From an uncultured Chloroflexia bacterium (GTDB taxonomy: Bacteria > Chloroflexota > Limnocylindria > Limnocylindrales > CSP1-4), in the NCBI GenBank assembly GCA_963712585.1, contig CAVQIH010000012.1, positions 36,692-100,691 on the forward strand: 64,000 nt of DNA. Reading direction: 5' to 3'. The position numbers and the translations under genes are program-made. A model generated the notes under the pieces. That model was not told the origin of the DNA. It did not search any database and saw only the letters and a program-made list of their open reading frames with translations. The first letter of the stretch is position 1. Every line of letters begins with the position of its first letter. Positions 47,933 to 58,606 of this stretch are shown piece after piece.

Positions 47933-48610
47933 ATGACCGCCGCCCGCCGAAGGACCAGGCCGCCGACCCCGCCGTCGGCGCCGGTCGACGGTCACGTCGC
48001 CGACCCCATCCTGCCAGCCGGTGCATTCGAGCCGGTCATCCTGGAGGGGCGCTTCGTCCGGCTGGAGCCGTTGACCCTCGCCCACGTCGAGCCACTCGTG
48101 GCCGTGGGGCTCGATCCCGAGCTGTGGCGCTGGATCCCCTGGCCAGTCCGAACGGCAGGCGACATGCGGGCCTACGTGGAGGCGGCCCTCGCGATGCAGG
48201 CGGCCGGGACCGGGTTGCCCTTCGCCACGATCGAACTCGCTTCCGGGCGAGTGGTCGGCAGCACCCGCTTCGGCAACATCGACCGACCGGACCGGCGGGC
48301 CGAGATCGGCTGGACCTGGCTCGCCCCGCCCTGGCAGCGCACCCGCCTCAACAGCGAGGCGAAGCTCCTCATGCTCGAGCATGCCTTCGAGCGCCTGGGC
48401 TGCGTCCGCGTCGAGTTCAAGACCGACTCCCTCAACGAGAAATCGAGGGCGGCTTTGCTCCGCATCGGTGCTCGCGAAGAGGGCATCTTCCGCAACCACA
48501 TGCTGACCTGGAGCGGGCGGCTCCGGCACTCGGCCTACTACAGCGTTATCGCCGAGGAGTGGCCGGCGGTGAAGGCGGCCCTCGTCGAGGGACTCAGCCG
48601 GGGCAGCTGA
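47933..48610 (+). CDS. GNAT-family N-acetyltransferase (RimJ/RimL-like)
   Basis: ..FVRLEPLTLAHVEPL...RVVGSTRFGNIDRPDRRAEIGWTWLAPPWQRTRLNSEAKLLMLEHAFERLGCVRVEF.. Confidence 0.8.
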   Translation: MTAARRRTRPPTPPSAPVDGHVADPILPAGAFEPVILEGRFVRLEPLTLAHVEPLVAVGLDPELWRWIPWPVRTAGDMRAYVEAALAMQAAGTGLPFATIELASGRVVGSTRFGNIDRPDRRAEIGWTWLAPPWQRTRLNSEAKLLMLEHAFERLGCVRVEFKTDSLNEKSRAALLRIGAREEGIFRNHMLTWSGRLRHSAYYSVIAEEWPAVKAALVEGLSRGS

Positions 48611-48620
48611 TCGGCAGAGG

Positions 48621-49904
48621 GTGACGCCCGCCCCGACCGACACGGGCCGAACGACTCTGGGGCCGGCCCCGCCGAAGCGCCATTCTGAGAGCATCGTGGC
48701 CGAGCTGATTCCCGTGGACCTCACCGAACCCCGCGCCCAGCTGAGCGAGGCCTATACGACCGCCCCGCGCGACCACTCGCGACACGCCTTCCACGTGCGT
48801 GGAAGTGGCGGGGGCGGCGAGTCGGATCATCGCGACCGGGCTCCCCGGCCAGAGCGTGGCGTCGCGCCGGCCCTACTCTGGGAGCCGGTCGAGGATCCCT
48901 TCGCCCCGGAGCCGGGGCAGAGCGTCCGTTGCCGGGCCTGCGCCCATCGCTGCGTCATCCGGCCAGGGCGGCGCGGGATCTGCGGCGTGCGCGAGAACCG
49001 CGGCGGCCGCCTGGTGACGCTGGTCCACGGCGAGGTCGTCGCCGCCCACGTCGATCCGGTCGAGAAGAAGCCGCTCTTTCACTTCCTGCCGGGTAGCAGC
49101 TCGTTCTCGATCGCGACCCGCGGCTGCTGCTTCCGATGTCGCTTCTGTCAGAACTGGGAGATCGCCCAGGCGCCGCGGGAGGGCCTCGAGATCCCGAGCG
49201 AGACGCTACCCCCGGAGGCCGTGGTCCGGCGGGCTCAGGTCGCCGGCGCCCGGAGCATCGCCTACACGTACGTCGAGCCGACCGTCTTCGTCGAGTACGC
49301 CTTCGACACCGCGCGGCTCGCCCGCGCCGTGGGGCTGCGCAACGTCTTCGTGACGAACGGCTACGAGACGCGTGAGGCCCTCGACCTGCTCAGTCCCGTC
49401 CTCGACGCCGCCAACGTTGATCTCAAGTCCTTCAACGACGCCTTCTACCGCAAGTACTGCGGAGCCCGACTCGAGCCAGTCAAGGAGACGCTCGTCACCA
49501 TGCGGGAGCTCGGCATCTGGCTCGAGGTGACGACGCTGCTGATCCCGGGTCTCAACGACGACCGCGCCGAGCTGACGGCGATGGCCCGCTGGATCCACGA
49601 CCGGCTCGGGGCGGACACGCCCTGGCACCTGTCGCGGTTCTTCCCGGCCTATCGCATGGGCGACGTCCCGCCGACACCGATCTCGACCCTGGAGCTGGCG
49701 GCCGCGATCGGCCAGGCGGCCGGACTCAAGTACGTCTACCGGGGAAACCTGCCGTCCGAAGCGGAGGACACCGACTGCGCGCGATGCGGGCGGGCGCTCC
49801 TCAGGCGGCGCGGGTTCCGCCTCATCGAGAACGCCCTCCGCGATGGCGCCTGCCCCCACTGCGGGACACCGCTCGCGGGCGTCTGGGAGACCGCCACGGA
49901 GTAG
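48621..49904 (+). CDS. AmmeMemoRadiSam-system radical SAM enzyme (PFL-activase-like); true start probably downstream of 48621
   Basis: ..CRACAHRCVIRPGRRGICGVREN.GGRLV...VDPVEKKPLFHF.PGS..FSIATRGCCFRCRFCQNWEI.. The CxxxCxxC site and the upstream Cys cluster are typical. Confidence 0.75.
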   Translation: MTPAPTDTGRTTLGPAPPKRHSESIVAELIPVDLTEPRAQLSEAYTTAPRDHSRHAFHVRGSGGGGESDHRDRAPRPERGVAPALLWEPVEDPFAPEPGQSVRCRACAHRCVIRPGRRGICGVRENRGGRLVTLVHGEVVAAHVDPVEKKPLFHFLPGSSSFSIATRGCCFRCRFCQNWEIAQAPREGLEIPSETLPPEAVVRRAQVAGARSIAYTYVEPTVFVEYAFDTARLARAVGLRNVFVTNGYETREALDLLSPVLDAANVDLKSFNDAFYRKYCGARLEPVKETLVTMRELGIWLEVTTLLIPGLNDDRAELTAMARWIHDRLGADTPWHLSRFFPAYRMGDVPPTPISTLELAAAIGQAAGLKYVYRGNLPSEAEDTDCARCGRALLRRRGFRLIENALRDGACPHCGTPLAGVWETATE

Positions 49905-49917
49905 CCCGGTCCCACCC

Positions 49918-50823
49918 ATGAGCGACCTTCGGGAGCGTCAAGCTCGAGAGCGCCGAGCGGCACATGCCGGGAGCTTCTACCCGGCGGATCCGGTCGCCCT
50001 GGCGGCACTTGTCGACCGACTCGCGAGCCCGGGTCACCCAGAGCACCCGGAGCGCTCGGATCGCCCGGATCGCGCCCTCGCTCCCGTCGGTGTCCTCGTC
50101 CCCCACGCCGGCCTGCAGTTCTCGGGAGCCGTCGCTGCTGCCGGCTGGCGCTTCCTGGCCGCCGATCCGCCGACGACGGTGATCGTGGCAGGCACCAACC
50201 ATTTCGCGGGCTGGCTCGATGGCATCGGCGTCTGGACCGGCGGCGCGTGGGCCACGCCGCTCGGACCCATCGAGATCGACGGCGAGCTCGCCGAGGCGAT
50301 CGCGGGCCTCGGCGAGCCCTTCCGTTCCGAGCTCGACGCCCACCTCGGCGAGCACTCCATCGAAGTCCAAACGCCCTTCCTCGCTCGGCTCCTGCCAGGC
50401 GTGCGGATCGTCCCGCTACTGGTTTCGCCGGGCGCCGACCGCTGCGCCGTGGCCGGATCCCGCCTGGGACGGTGGCTGGCGGACGCCGCCCCGCTCGCTC
50501 GCGTCGCCCTCGTGGCGAGCTCGGATTTCGCCCACTACCCGCCGGCTCGCACGGCAGAGCTGGTCACCGACCGTCTCCTGGGGTCGATCTTGGGCCTCGA
50601 CCCCGAGCGGCTGGTCACGGAGGAGCGGACCCTGCGGGTGGCCGGCCTGCCGGGCCTCGTCTGCGGGCTCTGTGGGCTGGAGCCCGTCACCTTTGCCCTG
50701 GCCGCCTGGCAAGCCATGGGCGGCCGGGAAGTGCGACTGTTGGCCGCCGCGACATCAGCTGACGTTCCCGAGGGCGACGCGCGGCGGACGGTGGGCTACG
50801 CTGCGGTAGCCTGCGTGCCCTGA
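49918..50823 (+). CDS. AmmeMemoRadiSam-system protein B (Memo1-like)
   Basis: MSDLRERQARERRAAHAGSFYPADP...VLVPHAGLQFSGAVAA...IVAGTNHFAG...HSIEVQTPFLARLLPG.. is a Memo-family signature. Confidence 0.8.
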   Translation: MSDLRERQARERRAAHAGSFYPADPVALAALVDRLASPGHPEHPERSDRPDRALAPVGVLVPHAGLQFSGAVAAAGWRFLAADPPTTVIVAGTNHFAGWLDGIGVWTGGAWATPLGPIEIDGELAEAIAGLGEPFRSELDAHLGEHSIEVQTPFLARLLPGVRIVPLLVSPGADRCAVAGSRLGRWLADAAPLARVALVASSDFAHYPPARTAELVTDRLLGSILGLDPERLVTEERTLRVAGLPGLVCGLCGLEPVTFALAAWQAMGGREVRLLAAATSADVPEGDARRTVGYAAVACVP

Positions 50824-50851
50824 CCACGAGCACGCCGCCTCGGAGGAACCG

Positions 50852-51211
50852 ATGTCCGCCCAGCCCGTGACCGCCGCCTACTTCTACCGAGTGCGCTGGG
50901 GCCACCACGCCGAGTGGCTCGAGCTCTTCGAGCGCAACCACCTGCCGATCCTGCGAGCGCAGATGGAAACCGGTCGGATGCTCGACGTCCGGGTCTATGA
51001 GCCGCGCTTCCACGGCGATGGGCGGGCCGACTGGGACATCATGGTCACCATCACGTATCGCGACTGGGGGGCCATGGAGGAGCACTCCGACGCGGCGATC
51101 GCCGAGCGACTCTACCCCGACCGGGAACGCTTCAAGGCCGAGGAGCGGCGCCGCTTCGAGCTCCTCGACGCCCACTGGGACGTGCCGCTCCAGGAGCTCC
51201 GGCTGGCCTGA
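50852..51211 (+). CDS. hypothetical protein (small alpha/beta protein)
   Basis: 119-aa intact ORF. No confident family. Confidence 0.35.
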   Translation: MSAQPVTAAYFYRVRWGHHAEWLELFERNHLPILRAQMETGRMLDVRVYEPRFHGDGRADWDIMVTITYRDWGAMEEHSDAAIAERLYPDRERFKAEERRRFELLDAHWDVPLQELRLA

Positions 51212-51297
51212 TGCCGGCGGTCCGGCTTGACGCGCGCGGCACGGCCGATGTACGTATGAGCGGTGCGGACTGAGAGCGGTCGACCCGCCCCCCGGCG

Positions 51298-52098
51298 TTG
51301 AGGACCGCCCCGCCCTCCCCCGAAGTCGAGCGCCTGGCCATCGCAGCGCGGGCGTGGGAGCCAGCCGGCCGCTCACTGCTGGCCCGACTCCCGGATGGCG
51401 CCGGGGCACGCGCTCTGGACGTCGGTTGCGGCCCCCTTGGCTGGTTGCGAATCCTGGCCGACTGGGTGGGTCGTCACGGCTCGGTGGTCGGCAGCGAGCC
51501 CGATCCGGCGGCGCGCGAAGCGGCGACCGCGCTCATCGCCCGCGAACGGCTCGGCCGGGTCACGCTGGTCGATGACACCCTGCTCAGCAGTCGCCTCGAG
51601 CGAAGCTCGTTCGACCTCGTGCACCTCCGCTTCCAGCTCGGGCTCCTGGGCCATGTCGAGGCGAGGATCGCGGCCTGCCGGCGTCTGCTGCGGCCCGGTG
51701 GTTGGCTTGTCCTCGAGGACGCGGACACCGGTTCATGGCACTTCAACCCGCCCGCTCCGGCGACCGAGCGGCTCATCTCCCTGGCGGCCGAGGCGATTCG
51801 GGCGGGCGGCGGCGACCTGGACGCAGGCCGCTCGCTGCCCGAGATCCTGCGGGGCCACCGGATCGTGGCCGCAATGGATGCCCACGTCCTGGTCCTGCCG
51901 ACCGGCGATCCGTACCTGCGCTGGCCGATCCAGCTCGCGAGCTCGCTCTCCGCTCGAATCGGCGCCCGCGTCGGCGCCGGCGAGCTCGGCCTGCTGAGGT
52001 CCGCGGCGGACGCCGAGCTTGCCGACCCGACCCGCTGGGGCACGACGGTGACGCTGATCCAGGCCTGGGGTCGGGTCCCGCCTCAGCCCAGCCGCTGA
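51298..52098 (+). CDS. class I SAM-dependent methyltransferase
   Basis: ..ARALDVGCGPLGWLRILADWVGRHGSVVGSEPDPAAREAA.. (motif I), ..LVLED.. (motif II region). Confidence 0.6.
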   Translation: MRTAPPSPEVERLAIAARAWEPAGRSLLARLPDGAGARALDVGCGPLGWLRILADWVGRHGSVVGSEPDPAAREAATALIARERLGRVTLVDDTLLSSRLERSSFDLVHLRFQLGLLGHVEARIAACRRLLRPGGWLVLEDADTGSWHFNPPAPATERLISLAAEAIRAGGGDLDAGRSLPEILRGHRIVAAMDAHVLVLPTGDPYLRWPIQLASSLSARIGARVGAGELGLLRSAADAELADPTRWGTTVTLIQAWGRVPPQPSR

Positions 52099-52175
52099 GA
52101 CCCTCCGCCCGAGCCCGGCCGGCCGCCCCGGAGCGCAGCCGGCCGCCCCGCCCCCGGGTCCGGGAGCACGACGGG

Positions 52176-52637
52176 TCAGCCCATGCCGCCGATGTCGATC
52201 GAGTAGGCCTCCCAGACGAGGTCGGCCCCGTGTTGGCGGTGACGAACGATCGTGCCCATCAGGCGCTGCATCTGATCGCGCACCTCGTCGACCGGACGCT
52301 CCGGGGCCCGCGTCATCATCTCGAGCTCGGCTGCAATCGTCGCCTGGATCTTGGGATGCTCGTCGCGGAGGTGACGGACCTTGCCCGACAGGTTCGAGGC
52401 GAGCTCCAGGATCTCAGCGTAGAGGCCGTGCTCGCCCTCGGTGCTCCGAACGTGCTCGTCGACGGCGTTCGCCAGCTCGGCCAGCTCGTCGGCGACGGTC
52501 GCGCGCCAGGCGCTCTCCCGGCCGGGCGCCGGGGCCGAGAGTGCCGCCTCGAGGCCGATGAGGGCGTCGCGCATCTCGATCCTGCGCTCGCGAGCGTCGC
52601 GAAGCGCCGGCGTCAGCTCCGTCTCGTCGTGCTCCAT
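52176..52637 (-). CDS. hemerythrin-like domain protein (hypothetical)
   Basis: MEHDETELTPALRDARERRIEMRDALIGLE...VDEHVRSTEGEHGLYAEILE...RHLRDEHPKIQ.. has H/E-rich helical repeats. Weak assignment. Confidence 0.4.
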   Translation of the reverse strand: MEHDETELTPALRDARERRIEMRDALIGLEAALSAPAPGRESAWRATVADELAELANAVDEHVRSTEGEHGLYAEILELASNLSGKVRHLRDEHPKIQATIAAELEMMTRAPERPVDEVRDQMQRLMGTIVRHRQHGADLVWEAYSIDIGGMG

Positions 52638-52724
52638 CGCATGAGTGTGAGCCGCTCGGACGCCACCGTCCAGGGCCGCGTGCGCAGGGCGGCCCACGCC
52701 CGCTCGGCCGCGCTCGCGCCCCGC

Positions 52725-54140
52725 TTAGCCCAGGGTCGGGTGGGTCATCGCCTCGGGCCGTACGAGCTCGTCGAACTCCTCGCCGGTCAAGTAGCCGCTC
52801 GCCAAGGCGGCCGCCCGGAGCGTCGTGCCCTCGTGATGGGCCTTCTTGGCGATCTCGGCCGCCCGGTCGTAGCCGATCCGGGGCGAGAGCGCCGTGACCA
52901 GCATCAGGGAGTTGCGGACGTGCTCATCGATCCGCTCGACGTTGGCCTCCAGGCCGACCACGCAGTGCTCGGTGAAGGAGCGGCAGCTGTCGGTCAGGAG
53001 ATCGATGGCATGGAGCAGGTCGAAGGCGATCACCGGCTTGAAGACGTTGAGCTCGAAGTTGCCCTGCGAGCCCGCGAAGCCGATGGCGACGTCGTAGCCG
53101 AAGACCTGGACGCAGACCATCGTCAGCTGCTCGCTCTGGGTCGGGTTCACCTTGCCCGGCATGATCGAGGAGCCCGGCTCGTTCTCCGGCAGCTTGAGCT
53201 CGCCGAGACCGGCCCGCGGCCCCGAGCCAAGCCAGCGGATGTCGTTGGCGACCTTCATCAGGCTCGTGGCGAGGGCCCGGAGGGCGCCCGAGGCGAAGAC
53301 CGTCGCCTCCTGGCCGGCCAGTCCGGCGAACTTGTTGGGCGCCGACTCGAACGGCAGGCCGGTGAGGCTCGCGATCCGCGCGGCGACCCGCTCGCCGAAC
53401 TCGGGATGGGCGTTGAGCCCGGTCCCGACGGCCGTCCCCCCGAGGGCGATGCGATGGAGGCCTGGCAGGGTGGCCTCGATGTTGCCGAGGCCCTGGTCGA
53501 GCTGGTCGACGTAGCCCGAGAACTCCTGGCCGAGGGTGAGCGGGACCGCATCCTGGAGGTGCGTGCGGCCGATCTTCACGATCCCGGCGAAGGCCGCCCG
53601 CTTGGCGTCCAATGCGTCGCGGAGCTCGCGAACGGCCGGGATCAGGCGGGTCTCGATCTCCGTCGCCACCGCGATATGGAGCGCGGTCGGGAAGGTGTCG
53701 TTCGACGACTGGCTCATGTTCACGTGGTCGTTGGGGTGGATCGGCTTCTTGCCGCCCCGGACCCCGGTCGCGACCTCGTTGGCGCGCGCCGCGATCACCT
53801 CGTTGACGTTCATGTTCGACTGGGTTCCCGACCCGGTCTGCCAGACCCGCAGCGGGAACTCGCCGGCCAGCGCCCCCGCGACGACCTCGTCGGCCACACG
53901 CACGATGAGGTCGCGCTTCTCCGGAGGAAGTAGCCCGAGGTCGGCGTTGACCTCCGCCGCGGCCCGCTTGAGGACGCCGAAGGCCCTGATGATGCCGACC
54001 GGCATCCGGTCGTCGCCGATGTCGAAGTGAAGCAGGGAGCGCTGAGTCTGGGCGCCCCAGTAGTGGTCGGCCGGCACGTCGATCGGACCCATGCTGTCGG
54101 TCTCGACGCGGATCGCCGGCGGGGCGATGGTCTCGGTCAT
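52725..54140 (-). CDS. fumC: class II fumarate hydratase FumC
   Basis: ..[15 protein letters not shown]...[15 protein letters not shown].. (fumarase/aspartase signature GSxxMxxKxN). Intact. Confidence 0.9.
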   Translation of the reverse strand: MTETIAPPAIRVETDSMGPIDVPADHYWGAQTQRSLLHFDIGDDRMPVGIIRAFGVLKRAAAEVNADLGLLPPEKRDLIVRVADEVVAGALAGEFPLRVWQTGSGTQSNMNVNEVIAARANEVATGVRGGKKPIHPNDHVNMSQSSNDTFPTALHIAVATEIETRLIPAVRELRDALDAKRAAFAGIVKIGRTHLQDAVPLTLGQEFSGYVDQLDQGLGNIEATLPGLHRIALGGTAVGTGLNAHPEFGERVAARIASLTGLPFESAPNKFAGLAGQEATVFASGALRALATSLMKVANDIRWLGSGPRAGLGELKLPENEPGSSIMPGKVNPTQSEQLTMVCVQVFGYDVAIGFAGSQGNFELNVFKPVIAFDLLHAIDLLTDSCRSFTEHCVVGLEANVERIDEHVRNSLMLVTALSPRIGYDRAAEIAKKAHHEGTTLRAAALASGYLTGEEFDELVRPEAMTHPTLG

Positions 54141-54406
54141 ACGGGGTCCTCGATTCGCCTGCGGCGGCCGCGGGCACCCGCCTGCGGGGCGGCCGGCCGT
54201 CGCGTCACCAGTATCGTCCAGAAGGCCGGCCGCAGGCTGCCGAGTACGCCTCCCGCTCGGCGCGTTCAGCCGGTCCCACCAGGCGGGGCCACTACGCTCG
54301 GGACCCCCCATCGACCACCCGCCCCGAATCCCGTCCGGCAGGCTAGGATCATCGGGCAGCGTGGGCTTCGGCGTCCCGGCGTCGCTGCAAGCCCCGGAGG
54401 TACCGC

Positions 54407-55409
54407 ATGCTGACTCTCGGCTACAAGGCGTCGGCGGAGCAGTTCGGGCCGCGCGAGCTGCTCGAGTTCGGGGTGGAGGCCGAGCGCTGTGGGTTCGACA
54501 GCGTCCTCGTCAGCGACCACTACCAGCCGTGGCGCCACACCGATGGGCACGCGCCGTTCGTGTTCGCCTGGCTCGGCGCCCTGGCCGCCCGGACCGAGCG
54601 GGTCGCCATCGGGACGAGCGTGGTGACCCCGACCTTCCGCTATCACCCCGCCATCGTCGCCCAGGCGATGGCCACGATCGGCTGCCTCGTTCCCGGGCGT
54701 CCGGTGATCCTGGGCGTCGGAACGGGCGAGTCGATGAACGAGGCGCCCCTGGGCATCGAGTGGCCCGACCAGAAGGAGCGCTTCGCCCGCCTCAGGGAGG
54801 CGGTCGAGCTGATCCGCCAGCTCTGGGCGAGCGAGTTCGTGACCTTCGAGGGCGAGTTCTACCGGACCCGTAACGCGACGGTCTACGACCGGCCCGACGA
54901 TCCGGTCCGGCTCTACATCGCGGCCTCGGGGCCCGCCGCCGCACGGCTCGCCGGGCGAGTTGGCGACGGCTTCATCTGCACGTCCGGCAAGGGCATGGAC
55001 CTCTACGCCGAGACCCTCCTGCCGGCGGTCGCGCGACGGCGCAATGAAGGCAGGCCGCGCCTACGACTCGATCGAGAAGACGATCGAGATGAAGGTCTCC
55101 TTCGACAAGGATCGCGATCGAGCCCTGGGGGACACCCGGATCTGGTCGGCCCTGGCGCTCCCCGGCGAGGCCAAGATGGGCGTCGAGGACCCCCGCGAGA
55201 TGGAGCGGCTGGCGGCCACGGTGGTCGATCAGGCCCATCGGCGCTGGCTGGTGTCGGCCGACCCGGAAGAGCACGTCGAGCAGCTCAGGCCCTACCTCGA
55301 GCTCGGCTTCACCCATCTCGTCTTCCACGGCCCCGGTGACGACCAGGTCCGCTTCCTGCGCACGTACGGTAGCGAGATCCTGCCTCGCCTACGGGCCCGC
55401 TGGGGCTGA
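54407..55409 (+). CDS. fgd: F420-dependent glucose-6-phosphate dehydrogenase (Fgd-type LLM oxidoreductase), one apparent frameshift near 55040
   Basis: [49 protein letters not shown]... matches mycobacterial Fgd1 ([18 protein letters not shown]...VSDHFQPWRH) along its length. The C-terminal third is in the +1 frame. Confidence 0.8.
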
Positions 55410-55433
55410 CCGGGCCAATCCGGGCCGCAGGGC

Positions 55434-56618
55434 TCAGCCCTCAGCTGGAGTCCGGGTCACCGTCAGGCTGAACCCGCGTCGCCTCAGCTCCTCGGCGTAG
55501 AGCGGTCCGGGGACGGCGATTTCCGCGGGGACGACGCCCCGCGGCGTGATTCCCCGGGCGTTCATGATCGCCTTGATCGAGCCGTCCCAGCCGGTGGTGC
55601 GCTCCATGGCCGTGAAGCCCGTTGCCTCGTCGAAGCGGTCGATGAGCTCGACGAGGACCTCCGCCGCATGTCCGTCCCGACGGCCCTTCGCCAGGACCCG
55701 GACGATGACGAGGTCGGGCTCGCCCGGCTTGGCCCGCAGCTTCGGGTCGAGAAGCGCGTGGAGCACGTCGCGTGGCACGACCCGCACTCCACCGACCTCG
55801 ATCGGCTCGGTCTCCAGGAGGCCCGCCTGCATGTAGGCCTTCCACTCCGCAAAGTGGCCCGGCCAGCGAAGGGTCTTGTTCCAGAGCGTCCTGAGCTCGC
55901 CCTCGAACGTCCAGGGCATGGTCGAGGTCCCGCCGCCGGCGACGAAAGCCTCCATTCGCCCGATCGGTTCGGGGAACTCGACGAACTCGTAGTCCTCCTC
56001 CTGGAAGGTCGGAACGTCGACCCGCTGGCCGTCCCGGATGAAGTGGGCGACCCCGTAGTACTCGTTGGTCAGGCCGGCGATGTTGAAGGTCAGGATGTAG
56101 CGGAAGGGGGGCTCGGGATGGAGCGGGTTGCCGCCGTCCCAGAAGGTCACCTCGTCGGTCTCGTCGAGGAGCGACATGGCGTAGGTCGTCAGGCTCGTGC
56201 CCATCCCCGGCACCTGGCCGCAGTCGGGCACGACGGCGATTCCGGCCGCCTCGGCCTGGGGGCTCAGGGTGAGCTGCTCGCGGACGAGGTCGGTGCTGCC
56301 ACCGAGGTCCGTCATGCACGCCCTCGCCTCGATCGCCACGCGGGTGATCGCCGGGTTGTGCCAGTAGGGCACCGCCGACAGGAACGAGTCGACCCCGTCG
56401 AGAAACGCCTTGAGCCCCGGCCGATCGGTCACGTCGACCCGGCGGGCTGAGGCGATCTCGCGGCCGACAAGGGCGTTGATGCGCGAGGCCGCCGCGCGGG
56501 CCACCTCGAGATCGGCGTCGGCGACGAGGACCCTCGCGGCGTCGCCGAACCGGGCCATGTCGAAGGCCGCCGCCGTCCCCTGCCGACCCGCCCCGACCAC
56601 CGCGTACGTGTAGCTCAC
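55434..56618 (-). CDS. saccharopine-dehydrogenase-family NAD(P)-binding protein
   Basis: MSYTYAVVGAGRQGTAAAFDMARFG (Rossmann GxGxxG) and overall saccharopine DH-like length and pattern. Confidence 0.6.
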   Translation of the reverse strand: MSYTYAVVGAGRQGTAAAFDMARFGDAARVLVADADLEVARAAASRINALVGREIASARRVDVTDRPGLKAFLDGVDSFLSAVPYWHNPAITRVAIEARACMTDLGGSTDLVREQLTLSPQAEAAGIAVVPDCGQVPGMGTSLTTYAMSLLDETDEVTFWDGGNPLHPEPPFRYILTFNIAGLTNEYYGVAHFIRDGQRVDVPTFQEEDYEFVEFPEPIGRMEAFVAGGGTSTMPWTFEGELRTLWNKTLRWPGHFAEWKAYMQAGLLETEPIEVGGVRVVPRDVLHALLDPKLRAKPGEPDLVIVRVLAKGRRDGHAAEVLVELIDRFDEATGFTAMERTTGWDGSIKAIMNARGITPRGVVPAEIAVPGPLYAEELRRRGFSLTVTRTPAEG

Positions 56619-56813
56619 GGTCGCCTCTCAGTCTGCGCCCACGGACCCTTCTGCGGTCCATTGTCCCAGCGCAGCCAGGCCGTGGTGCAACCGGTGCGCC
56701 AACCGGGCCAGGCGCGATCACGGGGGCAGCCCCGGCCGCTCCCGGCGTCCGCTATCGTGGGGACCCGGACCACGTGTTCGAGGCGGGCCCGGTCCGCATC
56801 AGGGAGGCCGGCG

Positions 56814-58274
56814 ATGGTAGTCCGGGGGCTGCCACTGGAGCGATGGACGCATCGGGTCCTCGACGACGAGGGGCTCGCGGCGATCCACGCTGCCACGCTG
56901 CGGATCCTGGAGCGGACGGGCGTCGAGGTCGGCTCGGGCGGAATTCGCGCCGCGCTTGCCCGGGAAGGCGCGATCGTCGACGACGCAGCCCGCCGCGTCC
57001 GCTTCCCCGCCGGGATGGTGGAGTCGGCCTTGGGGCGGGCGCCACGCTCGTACACCCTGGCGGCCCGCGACCCCTCCTGTGACCTGCCGCTCGACGGGCG
57101 GGTCGGCTACCTCTCCGTCGACGGCAGCGCGGCCGAGATCCTCGACCCGGAAACCGGGCTGCGGCGCGCCTCCACGGGAGCCGACCTGGCGCTCGTCACG
57201 CGGCTCGGTGACGCGCTGCCGGAGATCGGCTTCCTCTGGCAGGGTGTCGAAGCCGGCGACACTCCCGCGGCGGTCCGCCCGCTGCACGAGCTCCGGATCC
57301 AGTTCTCGAACAGCTCGAAGCACGTGCAGCTGATGACGGCGACCACGCCGATCGCGGCGGAAGGCGCGGTGGCGATGGCCGCCGCGGTCGCCGGTGGCGC
57401 CGCCGCGCTCCGCCAGCGCCCCATCCTCTCGAGCTTCCAGGTGAGCCTCAGCCCACTGGCCTTCGACGGCAGCGCCCTCGAGGCGGCGCTGGTGTACGCC
57501 AAGGCCGGCGTGCCGGCCGGCTTCGTGGTCATGTCGATCGCCTGCGCCACGGCGCCGGCGACACCGGCGGGCGTCCTCGCCCAGTCCAACGCGGAGGTGC
57601 TGGCCGGGGTCACGATCCTGGAGACGCTCGTGCCGGGCGCACCGACGTTCTACGGGGCGTGCCCCACGGTGATGGACCTGCGGACCGGCCTGGTCGCCTG
57701 CGGCGGACCCGAGGACTTCCTCTTCCAGATCGCCCTGAGCCAGCTCGGGCATCGCTACGGGCTGCCCACCAGCATCGGCACGTTCGCCCCGGGCGCCAAG
57801 CAGTCCGACTGGCAGGCCGGGCTCGAGAACGGTCTCTCCGGCCTGGCCAGCCTGCTTGGCGGCGCCGACATGATCTCGGGGGCCGGCCTCCTGCACGCCG
57901 CGGCGGTCTTCTCGCTCGAGGAGCTCGTCCTCGACGCCGAGATCTTCGGGCTCCTCTGCCATTTGGCCGAGCCCATTACGATGACCGTGGCGGACCTCGC
58001 CGAGGAGCTCATCGACGAGGTCGGCCCCCGGGGGACCTTCCTCGCCGAGCGCCACACCGCCGCCAACATGCGCCGCCTGTGGATGCCCAAGCTGTTCGAT
58101 CGCGGCTCATGGGAGGACTGGGAAGCTGGCGGTCGGCGCGGTCCACGCGACCGGGCCGGCGACCGGGTTCGAGCGCTGCTGGCCAGCCACGTCCCCATAG
58201 CCCTTCCCGGCGGCGTGGCAGATGAGCTGGACCGGATCGTCGCCGAGTACGCCCGGTTGGCGGAGGCCGGCTAG
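56814..58274 (+). CDS. MttB-family (trimethylamine methyltransferase superfamily) protein, non-pyrrolysine member (no in-frame amber)
   Basis: ..LSDEGLAAIHAATLRILERTGVEV... N-terminal signature and 487-aa TIM-barrel-length body. Uninterrupted. Confidence 0.7.
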   Translation: MVVRGLPLERWTHRVLDDEGLAAIHAATLRILERTGVEVGSGGIRAALAREGAIVDDAARRVRFPAGMVESALGRAPRSYTLAARDPSCDLPLDGRVGYLSVDGSAAEILDPETGLRRASTGADLALVTRLGDALPEIGFLWQGVEAGDTPAAVRPLHELRIQFSNSSKHVQLMTATTPIAAEGAVAMAAAVAGGAAALRQRPILSSFQVSLSPLAFDGSALEAALVYAKAGVPAGFVVMSIACATAPATPAGVLAQSNAEVLAGVTILETLVPGAPTFYGACPTVMDLRTGLVACGGPEDFLFQIALSQLGHRYGLPTSIGTFAPGAKQSDWQAGLENGLSGLASLLGGADMISGAGLLHAAAVFSLEELVLDAEIFGLLCHLAEPITMTVADLAEELIDEVGPRGTFLAERHTAANMRRLWMPKLFDRGSWEDWEAGGRRGPRDRAGDRVRALLASHVPIALPGGVADELDRIVAEYARLAEAG

Positions 58275-58606
58275 CGAGCCCGAACCCGGTTGTTCTTGGG
58301 GTTGTGCTCGAGCTCGACCAGGCCCAGGGCCTCCAGCAGCGGCGGCACGTACATCCCGAAGCGGCCGCGGAGGCCCTTCTTGAGGCCGTACCAGCCGCCG
58401 ACCGGGTTGTCCGGCGAGCGGCCCCAGGCCTCGACCGTTCCCTCGGCGGCCGGCTTCTGTTCGTCGGCGATGCCGAGCGGCATCCAGTCGCCGTGGGCCT
58501 TGAGCATGGCCGCAAGGTCGTCGACGCAGCGCAGGTGGTAGCGAAGCTGGGTCGTGCCGACCTGGCAGACGAGGGCCGGCGGGTCGGCGGCCTCGTCCCG
58601 CCACAT
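58271..58606 (-). CDS. hypothetical small protein
   Basis: 111-aa intact ORF MWRDEAADPPALVCQVGTTQLRYHLRCVDDLAAMLKAHGDWMPLGIADEQ.. No family recognised. Confidence 0.3.
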   Translation of the reverse strand: MWRDEAADPPALVCQVGTTQLRYHLRCVDDLAAMLKAHGDWMPLGIADEQKPAAEGTVEAWGRSPDNPVGGWYGLKKGLRGRFGMYVPPLLEALGLVELEHNPKNNRVRAR

